A stretch of DNA of 64,000 bases from an uncultured delta proteobacterium. GTDB lineage: Bacteria; Desulfobacterota; WTBG01; CAIYCZ01; CAIRTM01. A program made the translations under genes and the position numbers. The notes below the pieces were generated by a model. That model did no database searches. It saw only the letters and a program-made list of their open reading frames with translations, and was not told where the DNA came from. Below, one piece after another: positions 20,768 to 31,387 of the stretch. The stretch spans positions 209,484 to 273,483 of the forward strand of contig CAWDSQ010000005.1 of assembly GCA_963804955.1 (NCBI GenBank). The letters are read 5' to 3'. Position 1 is the first letter of the stretch. Each line of letters begins with the position of its first letter.

Positions 20768-20845
20768 ATGTATGTGCGCATTTTTTGCTTTATTACGAAA
20801 ATAGCAGCATGTACGCTTTTAGTTTTCACTCAGCCGGAGGTAGTA

Positions 20846-23609
20846 ATGGACTATAAAAACACGATCAATCTGCCGCAGACCGATTTCCCCATGAAGGCAA
20901 GCCTTGCTCAGAATGAGCCGGGCCTGCTCAAGCGGTGGCAGGAGATGGGTCTGTACGACAGTATCAAGCAGGCCCATGCGGGCAGGCAAAAATTCATCCT
21001 GCATGACGGCCCGCCCTATGCCAATGGCCATATTCATATCGGCACGGCCCTCAATAAGATACTGAAAGACATTATAATCAAGTCAAAAAACATGGCGGGC
21101 TTTTCCACCGTGTATGTGCCCGGCTGGGACTGCCACGGGCTGCCCATCGAGCTGAACGTGGAAAAAAAGCTCGGCAGGAAAAAAGAGGATTTGGAGAAAA
21201 CCGAAATCCGCAAAAACTGCCGCGAGTATGCCGCTGATTTCATAAATATCCAGCGCGAGGAGTTTAAGCGCCTGGGCGTGCTTGCCGAATGGGACAACCC
21301 CTATCTGACACTGACAAACGGCTACAGCTCAACCATCGTGCGCGAGTTCGGTAAATTTGTCGCCTCGGGCGATGTGTATAAAAAGAAAAAACCCATACAG
21401 TGGTGCGCTTCATGCCAGACAGCCCTTGCCGAGGCCGAAGTTGAATATGAAGACCACAGCTCGCCATCCATCTATGTCAAATTTCCGCTCATCTCCGATA
21501 TCGGGCAGACCGTGCCGGAGCTTGCAGGCCGGAACGCATCGGTGCTGATCTGGACCACCACGCCCTGGACGATACCGGCAAATCTTGCGATCTGCGTCAA
21601 CCCCGACTACGACTATGTTGCAGTCAAGGCAGGAGAGGACATTCTGATTCTTGCCGAGGGGCTGCTGAATGCCACCATGCTCGACTGCGGCATTGAAGGG
21701 CACAGCGTGCTTGCCAAATTTAACGGCGCCCTTCTTGAAGGCCTGAAATGCCGCCACCCCCTGTATGACCGTGAGTCGCAGCTGGTGCTTGGAGATCATG
21801 TCACCCTGGAAGCAGGCACGGGCTGCGTCCACACGGCGCCCGGCCATGGCCAGGAAGACTATGAGGTTGGCCTGAAATACGGACTCGACGTGTATGCTCC
21901 GGTGAACAACAAAGGGTGCTTCACCAAAGAGGTTGAGGATTTTGCGGGCCAGTTCGTTTTTGCCGCCAATAAGCCCATCAACAAAAAGCTTGCCGACATC
22001 GGCGCGCTGGTGAAAGAGCGTGAAATAACGCATTCATATCCCCACTGCTGGCGCTGCAAGCAGCCGGTCATCTTTCGCGCCACCGAGCAGTGGTTTATTT
22101 CCATGGAAAAAAACGACCTTCGCAAAAAAGCCCTTGCCTGCATTGAACAGACGCAGTGGATACCCCGCTGGGGCATCGACCGCATCAACGGCATGGTCAT
22201 CAACCGGCCTGACTGGTGCCTGTCGCGCCAGCGCTCATGGGGCGTGCCCATCGTGGCCTTCTCCTGCAGGGAGTGCGGCCATCTGCTGGTGGATCAGAAA
22301 ATCATCAACCACGTGGCAGACCTGTTTGAAAAAGAAGGCAGCGATATCTGGTTTGCCTGGAGCGAAGACAGGCTTCTGCCGCCGGGCACGGTCTGCCCGC
22401 AGTGCAGCTCGGCATCCCTTGCCCGGGAAAATGATATTCTGGACGTGTGGTTCGACTCGGGCGTAAGCCATGCGGCAGTGCTTGAGCGCAATCCGGAGCT
22501 CGGCAGCCCGGCTGATCTCTATCTTGAGGGCAGCGATCAGCACCGCGGCTGGTTCCAGAGCTCGCTGCTCACCTCGGTGGGAACCCGGGGCCGGGCGCCG
22601 TACAAAGCCGTGCTCACCCACGGCTTTGTCATGGACGGCAAGGGCGAGAAGATGGCAAAATCAAAGGGCAATGTCGTGAGCCCCGATGAGGTCATCAAAC
22701 AGTATGGCGCCGATGTTTTGCGCCTGTGGGTGGCATCGGAAAACTATCAGGAAGACATGCGCATTTCTCCCGACATACTCAAGCGCCTGTCTGAGGCATA
22801 CCGCAAGATTCGCAACACCTGCCGGTTTATGCTGGGGACCCTCAATGGCTTTGACCCGGCCGGTGATGCCGCACCCTATGCGCAGCTTGAAGAAATCGAC
22901 AAGTGGGCGCTCTGCCGCTTTGCCGGGCTCGTGAAGCGCGTCACAAAGGCCTATGCCGACTATGAATTTCACGCCATTTACCACAGCGTTACCAATTTCT
23001 GCATCACCGACATGAGTTCCGTGTACCTCGACATACTCAAAGACCGGCTCTACTGCTCAGCCGCCGGCGACCCGCTGCGCAAAACCGCACAGACCACGCT
23101 GCATATCATACTCAAGGGCCTGCTGAGCCTGCTGTCTCCCATTCTTTCGTTCACCTCTGATGAGGCATGGCAGTTCATGCCCGGCAGCAATGAGAAAAGC
23201 GTGCATCTGGCGGCATTTCCCGAGGTGAAGCCGGAATATGAAAACAGCGCGCTTGCCGGCAAGTGGGACGTGCTGCTTGCCCTGCGGGACCGCGTGCTCA
23301 AACAGCTTGAAACAGCCCGCGCCAATAAGGAAATCGGCAATGCCCTTGAGGCCGCGGTGACGCTGTCTCTGCCGGGACAGCTGCACGCTTTTCTGCAGCC
23401 CTATAAAGACGGCCTTGCCGACATACTTTATCGTTTCCCAGCTTGAGCTGAAGCTTCAGGAAAACGCGGAGACGGATCTCATGAAATGCATTGAGGCAAC
23501 AGGCATTGTCATTGGCCGGGCTCAAGGTGAAAAATGCCAGCGCTGCTGGAAATACTATACCGGCGGCCAGCCCGATGTCTGCCCGCGCTGCGCTGCGGCA
23601 TTAAAGTAA
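20846..23609 (+). CDS. ileS: Isoleucine--tRNA ligase type 1; frameshift near 23420
   Basis: [54 protein letters not shown]-terminal KCQRCW..CPRC zinc finger. Confidence 0.97.
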
Positions 23610-23615
23610 AGCACT

Positions 23616-24126
23616 ATGCAGGCAAACATAAAATCATTTTTCATAATAGCGCTTATCGCCGCGGCGGTCATAGCCCTTGACCAGTACACCAAATATCTGA
23701 TCTGCGCGAACCTCGGGCTGTACGGACGCATAGAGGTCATACCGGGCTATCTCGACATTATTCATATTCGCAACTCAGGCGTTGCCTTCGGCTTTTTAAA
23801 GGGCTTCGGCACCCAGTATAAAACGCTGTCGCTTATCGGCGTTGCCGGGGTAGCCGTTTTTCTCCTGGGTTTTCTTATTTCGCAGGTCAGGCGCGAGCAG
23901 AAGCTGCAGGCTTTCAGCCTCGCGCTCATACTGGGCGGCGCCATCGGCAATATCATCGACCGGTTCCGCCTCGGCGAAGTGGTTGATTTCGTCGACGCGC
24001 ACTGGCAGGGACATGTATCACTGGCCGGCTTTCAATGTGGCCGATATGGCTATTTCCATAGGCATCGTGCTGCTGCTTACCGATGAGCTGCTGCTGCAGA
24101 GAATATCCAAAAAAAATAACGGATAA
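23616..24126 (+). CDS. lspA: Lipoprotein signal peptidase; frameshift near 24008
   Basis: LDQYTK, NSGVAFG, GGAIGNIIDR, VVDF, HWPAFNVAD in the next frame. Confidence 0.93.
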
Positions 24127-24172
24127 TTTCGGATTGCGGGCGTAAAACAGCTAATCCAAAATTCAAAATCAC

Positions 24173-24940
24173 ATGCATCCAATTCTTTTAGAAATCGGAC
24201 CCCTTTCCATCAAGACCTACGGCTTCCTGATAGCCGTCGGTTTTCTTATCGGCATTGCCCTTGCCTCGCGCGAGGCAAAACGCATCGGCATCAACCAGCA
24301 GGCCGTGCTTGACCTGGCCTTCTATATCATCCTCGGGGCAATTATCGGCTCGCGGTTTTTTTACGTGATCACGCATCCGGAATATTTTCGCGAAAGCCTG
24401 CTTGACGCATTCAAGGTATGGGAGGGCGGGCTTACCTTTTACGGCGGCTTTATCATGGCGAGTGCGATAGCCGTTTTCATGATAAAAAAGTACCGGCTTC
24501 CGGCATGCCAGACCCTTGACCTGTTCGCTCCGTCGCTTGCCGTAGGGATTCTGTTCGGCAGGCTGGGCTGCTTTTTTGCCGGCTGCTGCTACGGCGCACC
24601 CTGCAGCCTGCCCTGGGCAATCACCTTCACAAACCCTCAAAGCCTTGCCGAACTGAATGTGCCCCTGCACCCGACGCAGCTGTATGCTGCCGCAGGCTCT
24701 GCCGTTACGCTTGCAGTTCTTCTCTATTTGAAAAATCGCAAAACATTTCACGGCGAGCTGGCCCTTGTCTGGGTTATGCTGTATTCCGGCTTCAGGCTTT
24801 TTGAAGAGCTGTTCAGGGGGGGCGTGCGGGGTGATCTCGTATTCAACCGGTATCCGGCCTCGCAGGTGATGGCACTGGTGCTGCTGATAGTTGCAGCAGC
24901 CCTTTTTCCCGTGATGAAAAAAAGAAACCGCTGCTTGTGA
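24173..24940 (+). CDS. lgt: Prolipoprotein diacylglyceryl transferase
   Basis: MHPIL..YG, GSR..YV, WEGGLTFYGG, GRLGCF..GCCYG, HPTQLY. Confidence 0.93.
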   Translation: MHPILLEIGPLSIKTYGFLIAVGFLIGIALASREAKRIGINQQAVLDLAFYIILGAIIGSRFFYVITHPEYFRESLLDAFKVWEGGLTFYGGFIMASAIAVFMIKKYRLPACQTLDLFAPSLAVGILFGRLGCFFAGCCYGAPCSLPWAITFTNPQSLAELNVPLHPTQLYAAAGSAVTLAVLLYLKNRKTFHGELALVWVMLYSGFRLFEELFRGGVRGDLVFNRYPASQVMALVLLIVAAALFPVMKKRNRCL

Positions 24941-25023
24941 CAGTAAGGCTTTTCGCTCAGCCATTACGTACAGCGCCTCATAAACAAGAGGGCAGTATTT
25001 TATATAAAAAATATGCCTCTTTC

Positions 25024-25115
25024 ATCCCTCTTTGAACAAGGGGGATAAGGGGGATTTATTGCAACCCGACAAATCCCCCTAACCCCCTTTGCTAAAGGGG
25101 GAATTTTTCCGCCCC
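25024..25115. repeat. G/C-tract palindromic dispersed repeat, copy 2
   Basis: atccctctttgaacaagggggata..acaaatccccctaaccccctttgctaaagggggaattttt. Confidence 0.8.
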
Positions 25116-25150
25116 CTCTTTTGCGGGGCTTTTGCCAGGCAAAATCGGTT

Positions 25151-27361
25151 ATGAAAAAATTCGGCGCGAAATTTGAGATAGACGGCCTGATAGAGGCGGT
25201 TATAAACAGCGGACAGTCTGCTGCAGCACTGCCGGCGGATATGCGTGCGCGTGCCGAGCGCGTTCGCGCTTTTGACTGCAGCGCCGCACGCGTAGTCGTG
25301 TTCGGCGGCGGAACAGGACTTTCGACGGTCATTGGCGGCAACTCGCAGCTTGCAAGCTGGCTGGAAAATCCCGATGTGGGGCTCAAAAAAATATTCCCCC
25401 ATCTTGATATTGTTGTTTGTACCACTGATGACGGCGGGTCAACCGGCTCTTTTTTGAAACAGCTGCCCATGATCGGCATAGGCGATATGCGCAAAGCATG
25501 CCTGTCGATGATCCGCTCCCGCAATCTTGAAAAGACCTACGGCATAAGCTCTGAGCAGTGCAGCCGGCTTATCCGCCTCATTCACCGGATATTCAACCAT
25601 CGTTTCCCTGCGGACTATGGCGGCTTTAAATATCTCGCCGATCCGCTGCTGGTGGCGCCGAAGGAGCTGAGGATCAGCTGCCCTGCTGCGCTGCAACAGA
25701 TGCTCCGCCGTCTGGGGGTGTTTTTTACTCCGGCCGGTGAGGGGCCTGCCATTAAACCCTCCGGGCATAGTCTTGGCAATATGCTCCTTACGGCGGCCCT
25801 GCTCATGGAAACGGGGGGCAACTTTCAGCGGCCAGCCCGCATACATGAAGTCCGCAGGGGGCTTGACCGCATTGCCCGCGCACTCGGGATAATCCCCGGC
25901 TGTCTGCATCCGGCAACCGTCGCGCCGGGAGAGCTTGTTTTCCGTTACGCAAACGGGGTTGAGGTGCAGGGCGAGAGCAAATCAACCAATGCCCGCCGCG
26001 GTTTTCCGGTGGAAGCGGTCTACACGGAATTTCGCAGCGCCCCTGTCCTGAGCAGCCGCATCATCCGGGCGGTGCAGAACGCCGATCTGATCGTGCTTGC
26101 TCCCGGCAGCCTGTATACGAGCATCATTCCCGTGCTGCAGCTGCCGGGCCTTGCCGACCTCATCCGGGCAAACCGCAGGGCTTTAAAAATTCTCGGGGCC
26201 AATTTCTGGATAGAGGAGGGGGAAACAGACATTACCCATGCGGACAAGCGGCGCGGATACCGCATATCCGAGCTGATCGATGCCTATGACAGAAATGTTC
26301 CCGGCGGCGCTGCAGAGCTGTTCGACTTTGTCCTGAGCGCGAACCTTGAGCATATGCCCGGAAGCATTATCAGGAACTATGCACTGGAGGGCAAAAGGCC
26401 CATCTATCTCGACCGGCAGCATGTAGAGGCCATGGGCGTGCAGCCTGTTGAATCAACGCTTTTTTCTCTTGAGCAGTTGCGCCAGCGGGACGCCATTCAG
26501 CACGATCCGGAAAAATTCAGCCTTGCCCTGCGCACCATGCTGTACAGCTGGCAGCAAACCGGGCTGGCGAAAAAACAAAAATCCGCCCGCCCGGGAGCAA
26601 AAGAGACGCACAGGGGCTGCCGCGTCAGCAAACCTTTTTTATGCGCCTACCGTTCGGCTGTCGACAAGGCGCTTGCATCAAAATTTTTACAGCCGCCGCG
26701 CCTGCGCGGCATACTGCGTGATTTGCTTTGGGACAACCGGGATATTCGACCCGCCCATCTTGACCGCTTCAAAGGCGTTCGGGTCATTCCCGCTGCCGCA
26801 TGGAACAGAAGCACGGAATGGGACAATGTCCTGGGATATTATGACCCGCAGGACCGGCTGCTTAAAATCCACAGTCACCTGTCGGATGACCCTGTGGAGC
26901 TCAGGGGCAACCTGCTGATAGCACTGGGCGAATCTCTGCTGGGGCGCTATATTGAGTCGCGCAGGTGGATTGCGCAGCAAACCGGCGGGTCCTGGGGCTG
27001 GCGAAGCTATGAAATACGGCTCCGGGCGCCCCGGGAGCGCGACTGCCTGCTGAGCCCGGCACAGCTGCACGCCTACCTGCGGCTTGCCAGAATGGTTCCG
27101 GACCCCGGGCATGAGGGGATATACCGCATTACGCTCAACAATAATGACGGGTTCATACCGCCGGGCCTGCTGTTCGGCCTTATGTATGCCTGGTATCTTG
27201 ACAATACCTGCGCGCCGATCATGGAAAACGAAATGTCCATGCTGCACTGGCATGAGGCGACGCTGATACCGCATCAGGTAAAGGAGTACCGGCGGAAAAA
27301 AAACCTCATAGATTTTTTCAGGACTGAAATTTTCGGCTATGCCGCGCGGTGCAGCGCCTGA
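25151..27361 (+). CDS. YvcK/GlmR (CofD-related) protein with insertions and a C-terminal extension of about 250 aa
   Basis: VVVFGGGTGLS, TDDGGSTG, GDMRKA, GHSLGNMLL, ADLIVLAPGSLYTSIIP, HDPEK. Confidence 0.85.
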   Translation: MKKFGAKFEIDGLIEAVINSGQSAAALPADMRARAERVRAFDCSAARVVVFGGGTGLSTVIGGNSQLASWLENPDVGLKKIFPHLDIVVCTTDDGGSTGSFLKQLPMIGIGDMRKACLSMIRSRNLEKTYGISSEQCSRLIRLIHRIFNHRFPADYGGFKYLADPLLVAPKELRISCPAALQQMLRRLGVFFTPAGEGPAIKPSGHSLGNMLLTAALLMETGGNFQRPARIHEVRRGLDRIARALGIIPGCLHPATVAPGELVFRYANGVEVQGESKSTNARRGFPVEAVYTEFRSAPVLSSRIIRAVQNADLIVLAPGSLYTSIIPVLQLPGLADLIRANRRALKILGANFWIEEGETDITHADKRRGYRISELIDAYDRNVPGGAAELFDFVLSANLEHMPGSIIRNYALEGKRPIYLDRQHVEAMGVQPVESTLFSLEQLRQRDAIQHDPEKFSLALRTMLYSWQQTGLAKKQKSARPGAKETHRGCRVSKPFLCAYRSAVDKALASKFLQPPRLRGILRDLLWDNRDIRPAHLDRFKGVRVIPAAAWNRSTEWDNVLGYYDPQDRLLKIHSHLSDDPVELRGNLLIALGESLLGRYIESRRWIAQQTGGSWGWRSYEIRLRAPRERDCLLSPAQLHAYLRLARMVPDPGHEGIYRITLNNNDGFIPPGLLFGLMYAWYLDNTCAPIMENEMSMLHWHEATLIPHQVKEYRRKKNLIDFFRTEIFGYAARCSA

Positions 27362-27461
27362 CGCAGACCATGTCCGCGCAGGCAGGCTCCGGTATATACC
27401 GTAGCGCCGCAGATGCGGGCTATCGCACTGCTTTTAATTTTAACATCAGCACGGGGGAACT

Positions 27462-28812
27462 ATGGGAACCTTATTCGGGACCGATGGCATCAGGGGCGAG
27501 GCCAACCGCCATCCGATGGACGCTTATATGGCCTTTGCCGTGGGGCAGGCCGTCACGCATGTGCTGAAAAAAAAGGGGCATACCACGCGGGTGATCATCG
27601 GCAAGGACACGCGCATTTCAGGCTATATGCTGGAAAGCGCTCTTGAATCGGGCATTACCTCCATGGGCGGTGTTCCCTACCTGGTCGGCGTGCTGCCGAC
27701 CCCGGGCATTGCTTTTATCACGGAAAGCATGCGGGCTGATGCAGGCATTGTCATATCGGCATCCCATAATCCCTTCCAGGACAACGGCATAAAAATATTT
27801 TCAGGCTCCGGGTTTAAGCTCTCCGATACGCAGGAAGCTGAAATCGAGCAGCTTATTCTCGGGGGCAGGCTTCCCGAGATGGTAGCCCCTCCCCGTGAGA
27901 TGGGCCATGCATTCCGCCTGACGGACGTGCACGGCCGCTATATAGTATTTCTGAAAAGCACCTTCTCCCGCAGCCTGTCCATGGAGGGAATGAAAATCGT
28001 CATGGATGCTGCAAACGGCGCAACCTATAAGGTCGCACCTGAGGCATTCACCGAGCTCGGGGCCGATCTTACCGTCATTCACAATATGCCCAACGGCCTC
28101 AACATAAACGACCAGTGCGGCTCCCAGCACACCGATGGTCTCAAAAAGACATGTTGTTGAAACCGGCGCTTCGATCGGCCTGGCATTTGACGGCGACGGC
28201 GACAGGCTCATTGCTGTTGATGAAAAGGGCAACACCATTACCGGCGATCAGATACTGCTTATCTGCGCCCGGATGCTGCAGGCTGAAGGCAAACTCGCCA
28301 ACGATCTCGTGGTCAGCACGGTCATGAGCAATCTCGGTTTCATTCTTGCCTGTAAAAAATACGGCTTGCGGCACCATGCAGCACAGGTCGGCGACCGCAA
28401 TGTGCTTGAGGACATGCAGCGCCTCGGAGCGGTCATCGGCGGCGAGGATTCGGGTCATATGATATTTACAAACCACCACTCGACCGGCGACGGCATCATT
28501 ACCGCGCTGCAGCTGATCTCGGCCATGCTCAGGTCTGGCAAGCCGCTCTCAGAGCTTGCGCGTCTTATGAACGTGCTGCCGCAGAAGCTGATTAATATAG
28601 ATGTCAAGTCCAAGCCCGATATCGCCACCGTGCCTGAAATAGTTGAAGCCATCAGGCAGGTCGAGGCTGAGCTGGGTGAGCAGGGCCGCGTGCTGGTGCG
28701 CTATTCCGGCACGCAGAACATGTGCCGGGTCATGGTCGAAGGACCCACCAGGGAGCAGACCGAAAAATACTGCGGCCATATCGCCGACGCGGTCAGGGCA
28801 GCCCTGACCTGA
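27462..28812 (+). CDS. glmM: Phosphoglucosamine mutase; frameshift near 28140
   Basis: FGTDGIRG, GKDTRISGYMLE, ISASHNP.QDNGIK, FDGDGDR, GGEDSGH, RYSGT. Confidence 0.95.
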
Positions 28813-29073
28813 CGGGCTGAAATGCTCTTTATAAAAGCTGCGCCGCGCTTGCAGGCCGGACTAATCTGCCGCGGCGGAGTGCCCGGCATGGGAACAGCAT
28901 TTCGAGATGCTGTGCAGGCATCCTTCTTTTTGTGGCCTTCGATCACAGGCAACCGGAAACAGCCCATGCTCATGTGTCTCAGATCTTAGACATGACACCA
29001 GCCCCTTTAAATTTTTAGTAAAGCTGCGCAGCAGGGATAACAATACCAAATAGCGGGATTATTATTTTCTTGA

Positions 29074-29925
29074 GTGTTTCCAGTGCTGAAAAAAATTACA
29101 GTACTATTTTTACTCTTCTTTTTTGACCTCCATTCAAGCGCCATTGCCGGAATTGAAAAACTTGGCGAAACGCTGAGCACGCTCGGCATACAAGATATGC
29201 TCCCGCAATCGGGAATAGATTTCGACCGGGCTGCCGACTATCTTAACTGGGAACAGCTGAATGTTTCACTCAAAGCAGATATGACAAGCTCGACCCACAT
29301 GTTCGGGAAAACCGTGCGGGTTGATTCGGTTGTTTATAAAAAAGGCCTTACCGGCATACGCATTGATATCATAGGGGGGCTGCAGGTACAGGAAAATGCA
29401 AAAACCCTGTCGCTTGTAAACTGCTACCTGCTGGAGTACCCGCTCAAAGATAAAGCTTTTATAGTGTTCCCATTGAAAAAAGGCTACATGGAGCTTGATC
29501 CTGAAAAAATCAGGGAGATGCTTGGCGACAGGCTTAAAAAAAGCGGGAAGAAAAAAAGCACTGTGCAAAAAAAGGAGAAGCAGGGCGCCGAGGAAATTGA
29601 TGGCAGGCAGTGCGAAAAAATGCATATCGTTACGGTATCAGGCAAGGGAATGAAAAACGATATAACCACCTGGCTAGCCAAAGACCTTTCAGGCTTTCCC
29701 GTAAAATCACTTCTGCAGTTTGACCTTCCGCTCGGCCAGACCGGCGCCAGCTCCATCATATTCAGCAATATTGTTAAAGGGGAACAGGAAGAGGCCCTTT
29801 TTGAACTGTCCGAGGAGTATGAAAAATACGATAACCTTGTCGAGCTTGCAACGGAAGGCAGAATGGGCTCGCGTCTGGAAAAATCCAAAGACCGGAGCAG
29901 GCCTTTTGAGAAGCGGCAGCATTGA
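29074..29925 (+). CDS. Secreted protein, DUF4412-like
   Basis: Signal peptide; GAEEIDGRQCEK..WLAKDLSGFPVK..FELSEEY. Confidence 0.6.
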   Translation: MFPVLKKITVLFLLFFFDLHSSAIAGIEKLGETLSTLGIQDMLPQSGIDFDRAADYLNWEQLNVSLKADMTSSTHMFGKTVRVDSVVYKKGLTGIRIDIIGGLQVQENAKTLSLVNCYLLEYPLKDKAFIVFPLKKGYMELDPEKIREMLGDRLKKSGKKKSTVQKKEKQGAEEIDGRQCEKMHIVTVSGKGMKNDITTWLAKDLSGFPVKSLLQFDLPLGQTGASSIIFSNIVKGEQEEALFELSEEYEKYDNLVELATEGRMGSRLEKSKDRSRPFEKRQH

Positions 29926-30190
29926 TGTCAAACACATTGAATGCCACCTAAAAAGGCCCAACGCAGGACTTCTATATTTTCACAGTGCTTCTCTGCTCTG
30001 CGTGCAGTAAGGACATTGGATTTTTTACATATTAAATTTAATAAACTGCAATTCTTCGGGTTTCCCTTTGTCCAGTTAGAGAGCCCTTTCTAAAGCCGTT
30101 ATCGGTGCGCGATGCGCACCCTGACGGCTGATGATTTTAAAATGGACGTTCTCCAATGGCTCCCATTAGATAAAAGGCAATAACAGATCG

Positions 30191-30958
30191 CTAAAACCGT
30201 ACCGAAGGGGGGAGCATGTGCTGCATAAAACTCAGCGGCGGCACTCCCAGGCTGACGCCGCCCTGAAAAAATCTGTTGTCCATAAAGGTAAACCTTACCC
30301 ACTCTGACCGGAACCGGTTCATTTGCTCCAGCTGCTCCTGAGAGTAGGGGCTGTCTTTTCTTTTTTCAACTACAGCACCATAGGCATTAAAAATTGCATC
30401 GGCAGCATCCATGAAGAAATCATGATTGGCTTCATCAGGCATGAGAGACAGGCCGGCGGCATAGCCCACCCCGATCCCCGCTTCTTTCATGCGAAACATC
30501 TCACAATAGCTTCCGGGAAGGTCGGGATATTTTCTACCGTGCTTTCTGCAGACAGCGCCGATTTGCGCCTGGAGATAGAGCTTGTCCTCCTCGATGGGCA
30601 CGATCGGATACACATCGAAAAATCCGGGATGATGCACAAGGCCCTGCTCATCCACGCGCTCGAAAACAGCCATCAACAAGGGCACCATGGGGTTTGCCGG
30701 AAAGGTTTGGATGCCCAGCCACTGGATGCTGCTTTGATACTCACGGTCTGGAATTCTCACCGTTGCAGAGATGTTTGAGACGCAAACCTTTTCAAATACT
30801 GCACCCCGGCTGACATTGACTTCAACCTGGCCGGCTTTCGTTGTAAAATCCAGCTGTTCTTTTTCAAAAGCGCTGTCCGGGTTGAACAGGGAAAAGGCAT
30901 CAATATAGTTCTGCTTTAATTTCAGAAGAAAGGTATCGGTAAGCATAGAGGTCTCCAT
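30191..30958 (-). CDS. Divergent coproporphyrinogen III oxidase (HemF)-fold protein
   Basis: GAVFEK..S, P.NPMVP, Y..VVEKRKD.PYS, C-terminal LPPSVRF. Confidence 0.6.
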   Translation of the reverse strand: METSMLTDTFLLKLKQNYIDAFSLFNPDSAFEKEQLDFTTKAGQVEVNVSRGAVFEKVCVSNISATVRIPDREYQSSIQWLGIQTFPANPMVPLLMAVFERVDEQGLVHHPGFFDVYPIVPIEEDKLYLQAQIGAVCRKHGRKYPDLPGSYCEMFRMKEAGIGVGYAAGLSLMPDEANHDFFMDAADAIFNAYGAVVEKRKDSPYSQEQLEQMNRFRSEWVRFTFMDNRFFQGGVSLGVPPLSFMQHMLPPSVRF

Positions 30959-31047
30959 TGTTAAGAAAAAAGTGTTTGTCGTGATGTGAAACTGTAAGAA
31001 GGACTTATTGCCTGCTTATTGATAAGAACTCGCTTTGAGATGGGGCA

Positions 31048-31076
31048 AATATAGGACGAGGGCGAGTGTGTGTCAA
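31048..31076 (-). promoter_or_regulatory. Sigma70 promoter upstream of the HemF-like gene
   Basis: TTGACA-17bp-TATATT. Confidence 0.6.
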
Positions 31077-31387
31077 GGCAAACGAAGGATATTTACGTAA
31101 GCAGCCGCCAGGCTGAGGGCTTCGGCAAGGGATCGGAGCATACGCAGAGCAATTCAGATACTTCTGGTAAGCTTGAATTTTCGGGGTTCGTATAAGCCCA
31201 GCATGAGAGCCGTACTGTGGAGTTTTGGGAAGCAAAGTAAAGGCACAAGATGTTGTGGTCAATAGTATTCAGCGTCCGCCTCACTAGACCCTCCCTTTTT
31301 TTAGCTAAGTGTTTCTTGTTGACTCAAAAGCTCAATGGCTGATAGGCTTTGCTTTATGATTAAGATAAATATTCAAAGGAGGGTTCT

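Noticed and set aside
20522..20845. 108-aa N-terminal extension of IleRS in the ORF track
   Set aside because: It runs through the aroF promoter and a REP; the canonical start MDYKNT with SD GGAGG is at 20846
24188..24964. Long antisense ORFs (for example opposite lgt, and 52564-53466 and 59818-60684)
   Set aside because: Shadow frames of well-supported genes, expected at this GC content
15915..28812. Programmed frameshifting or pseudogenisation of leuS, ileS, lspA and glmM
   Set aside because: Indels are scattered across the window without a consistent slippery-site or stimulator pattern; sequencing error is more parsimonious
28860..29000. Riboswitch downstream of glmM
   Set aside because: Hairpins are present, but I recognise no consensus of glmS, c-di-GMP or other riboswitches
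31005..31290. IS91-like terminal remnant upstream of the HemF-like gene
   Set aside because: Only a loose resemblance (aaagcgagttcttatc end plus an outward promoter); no recognisable transposase sequence
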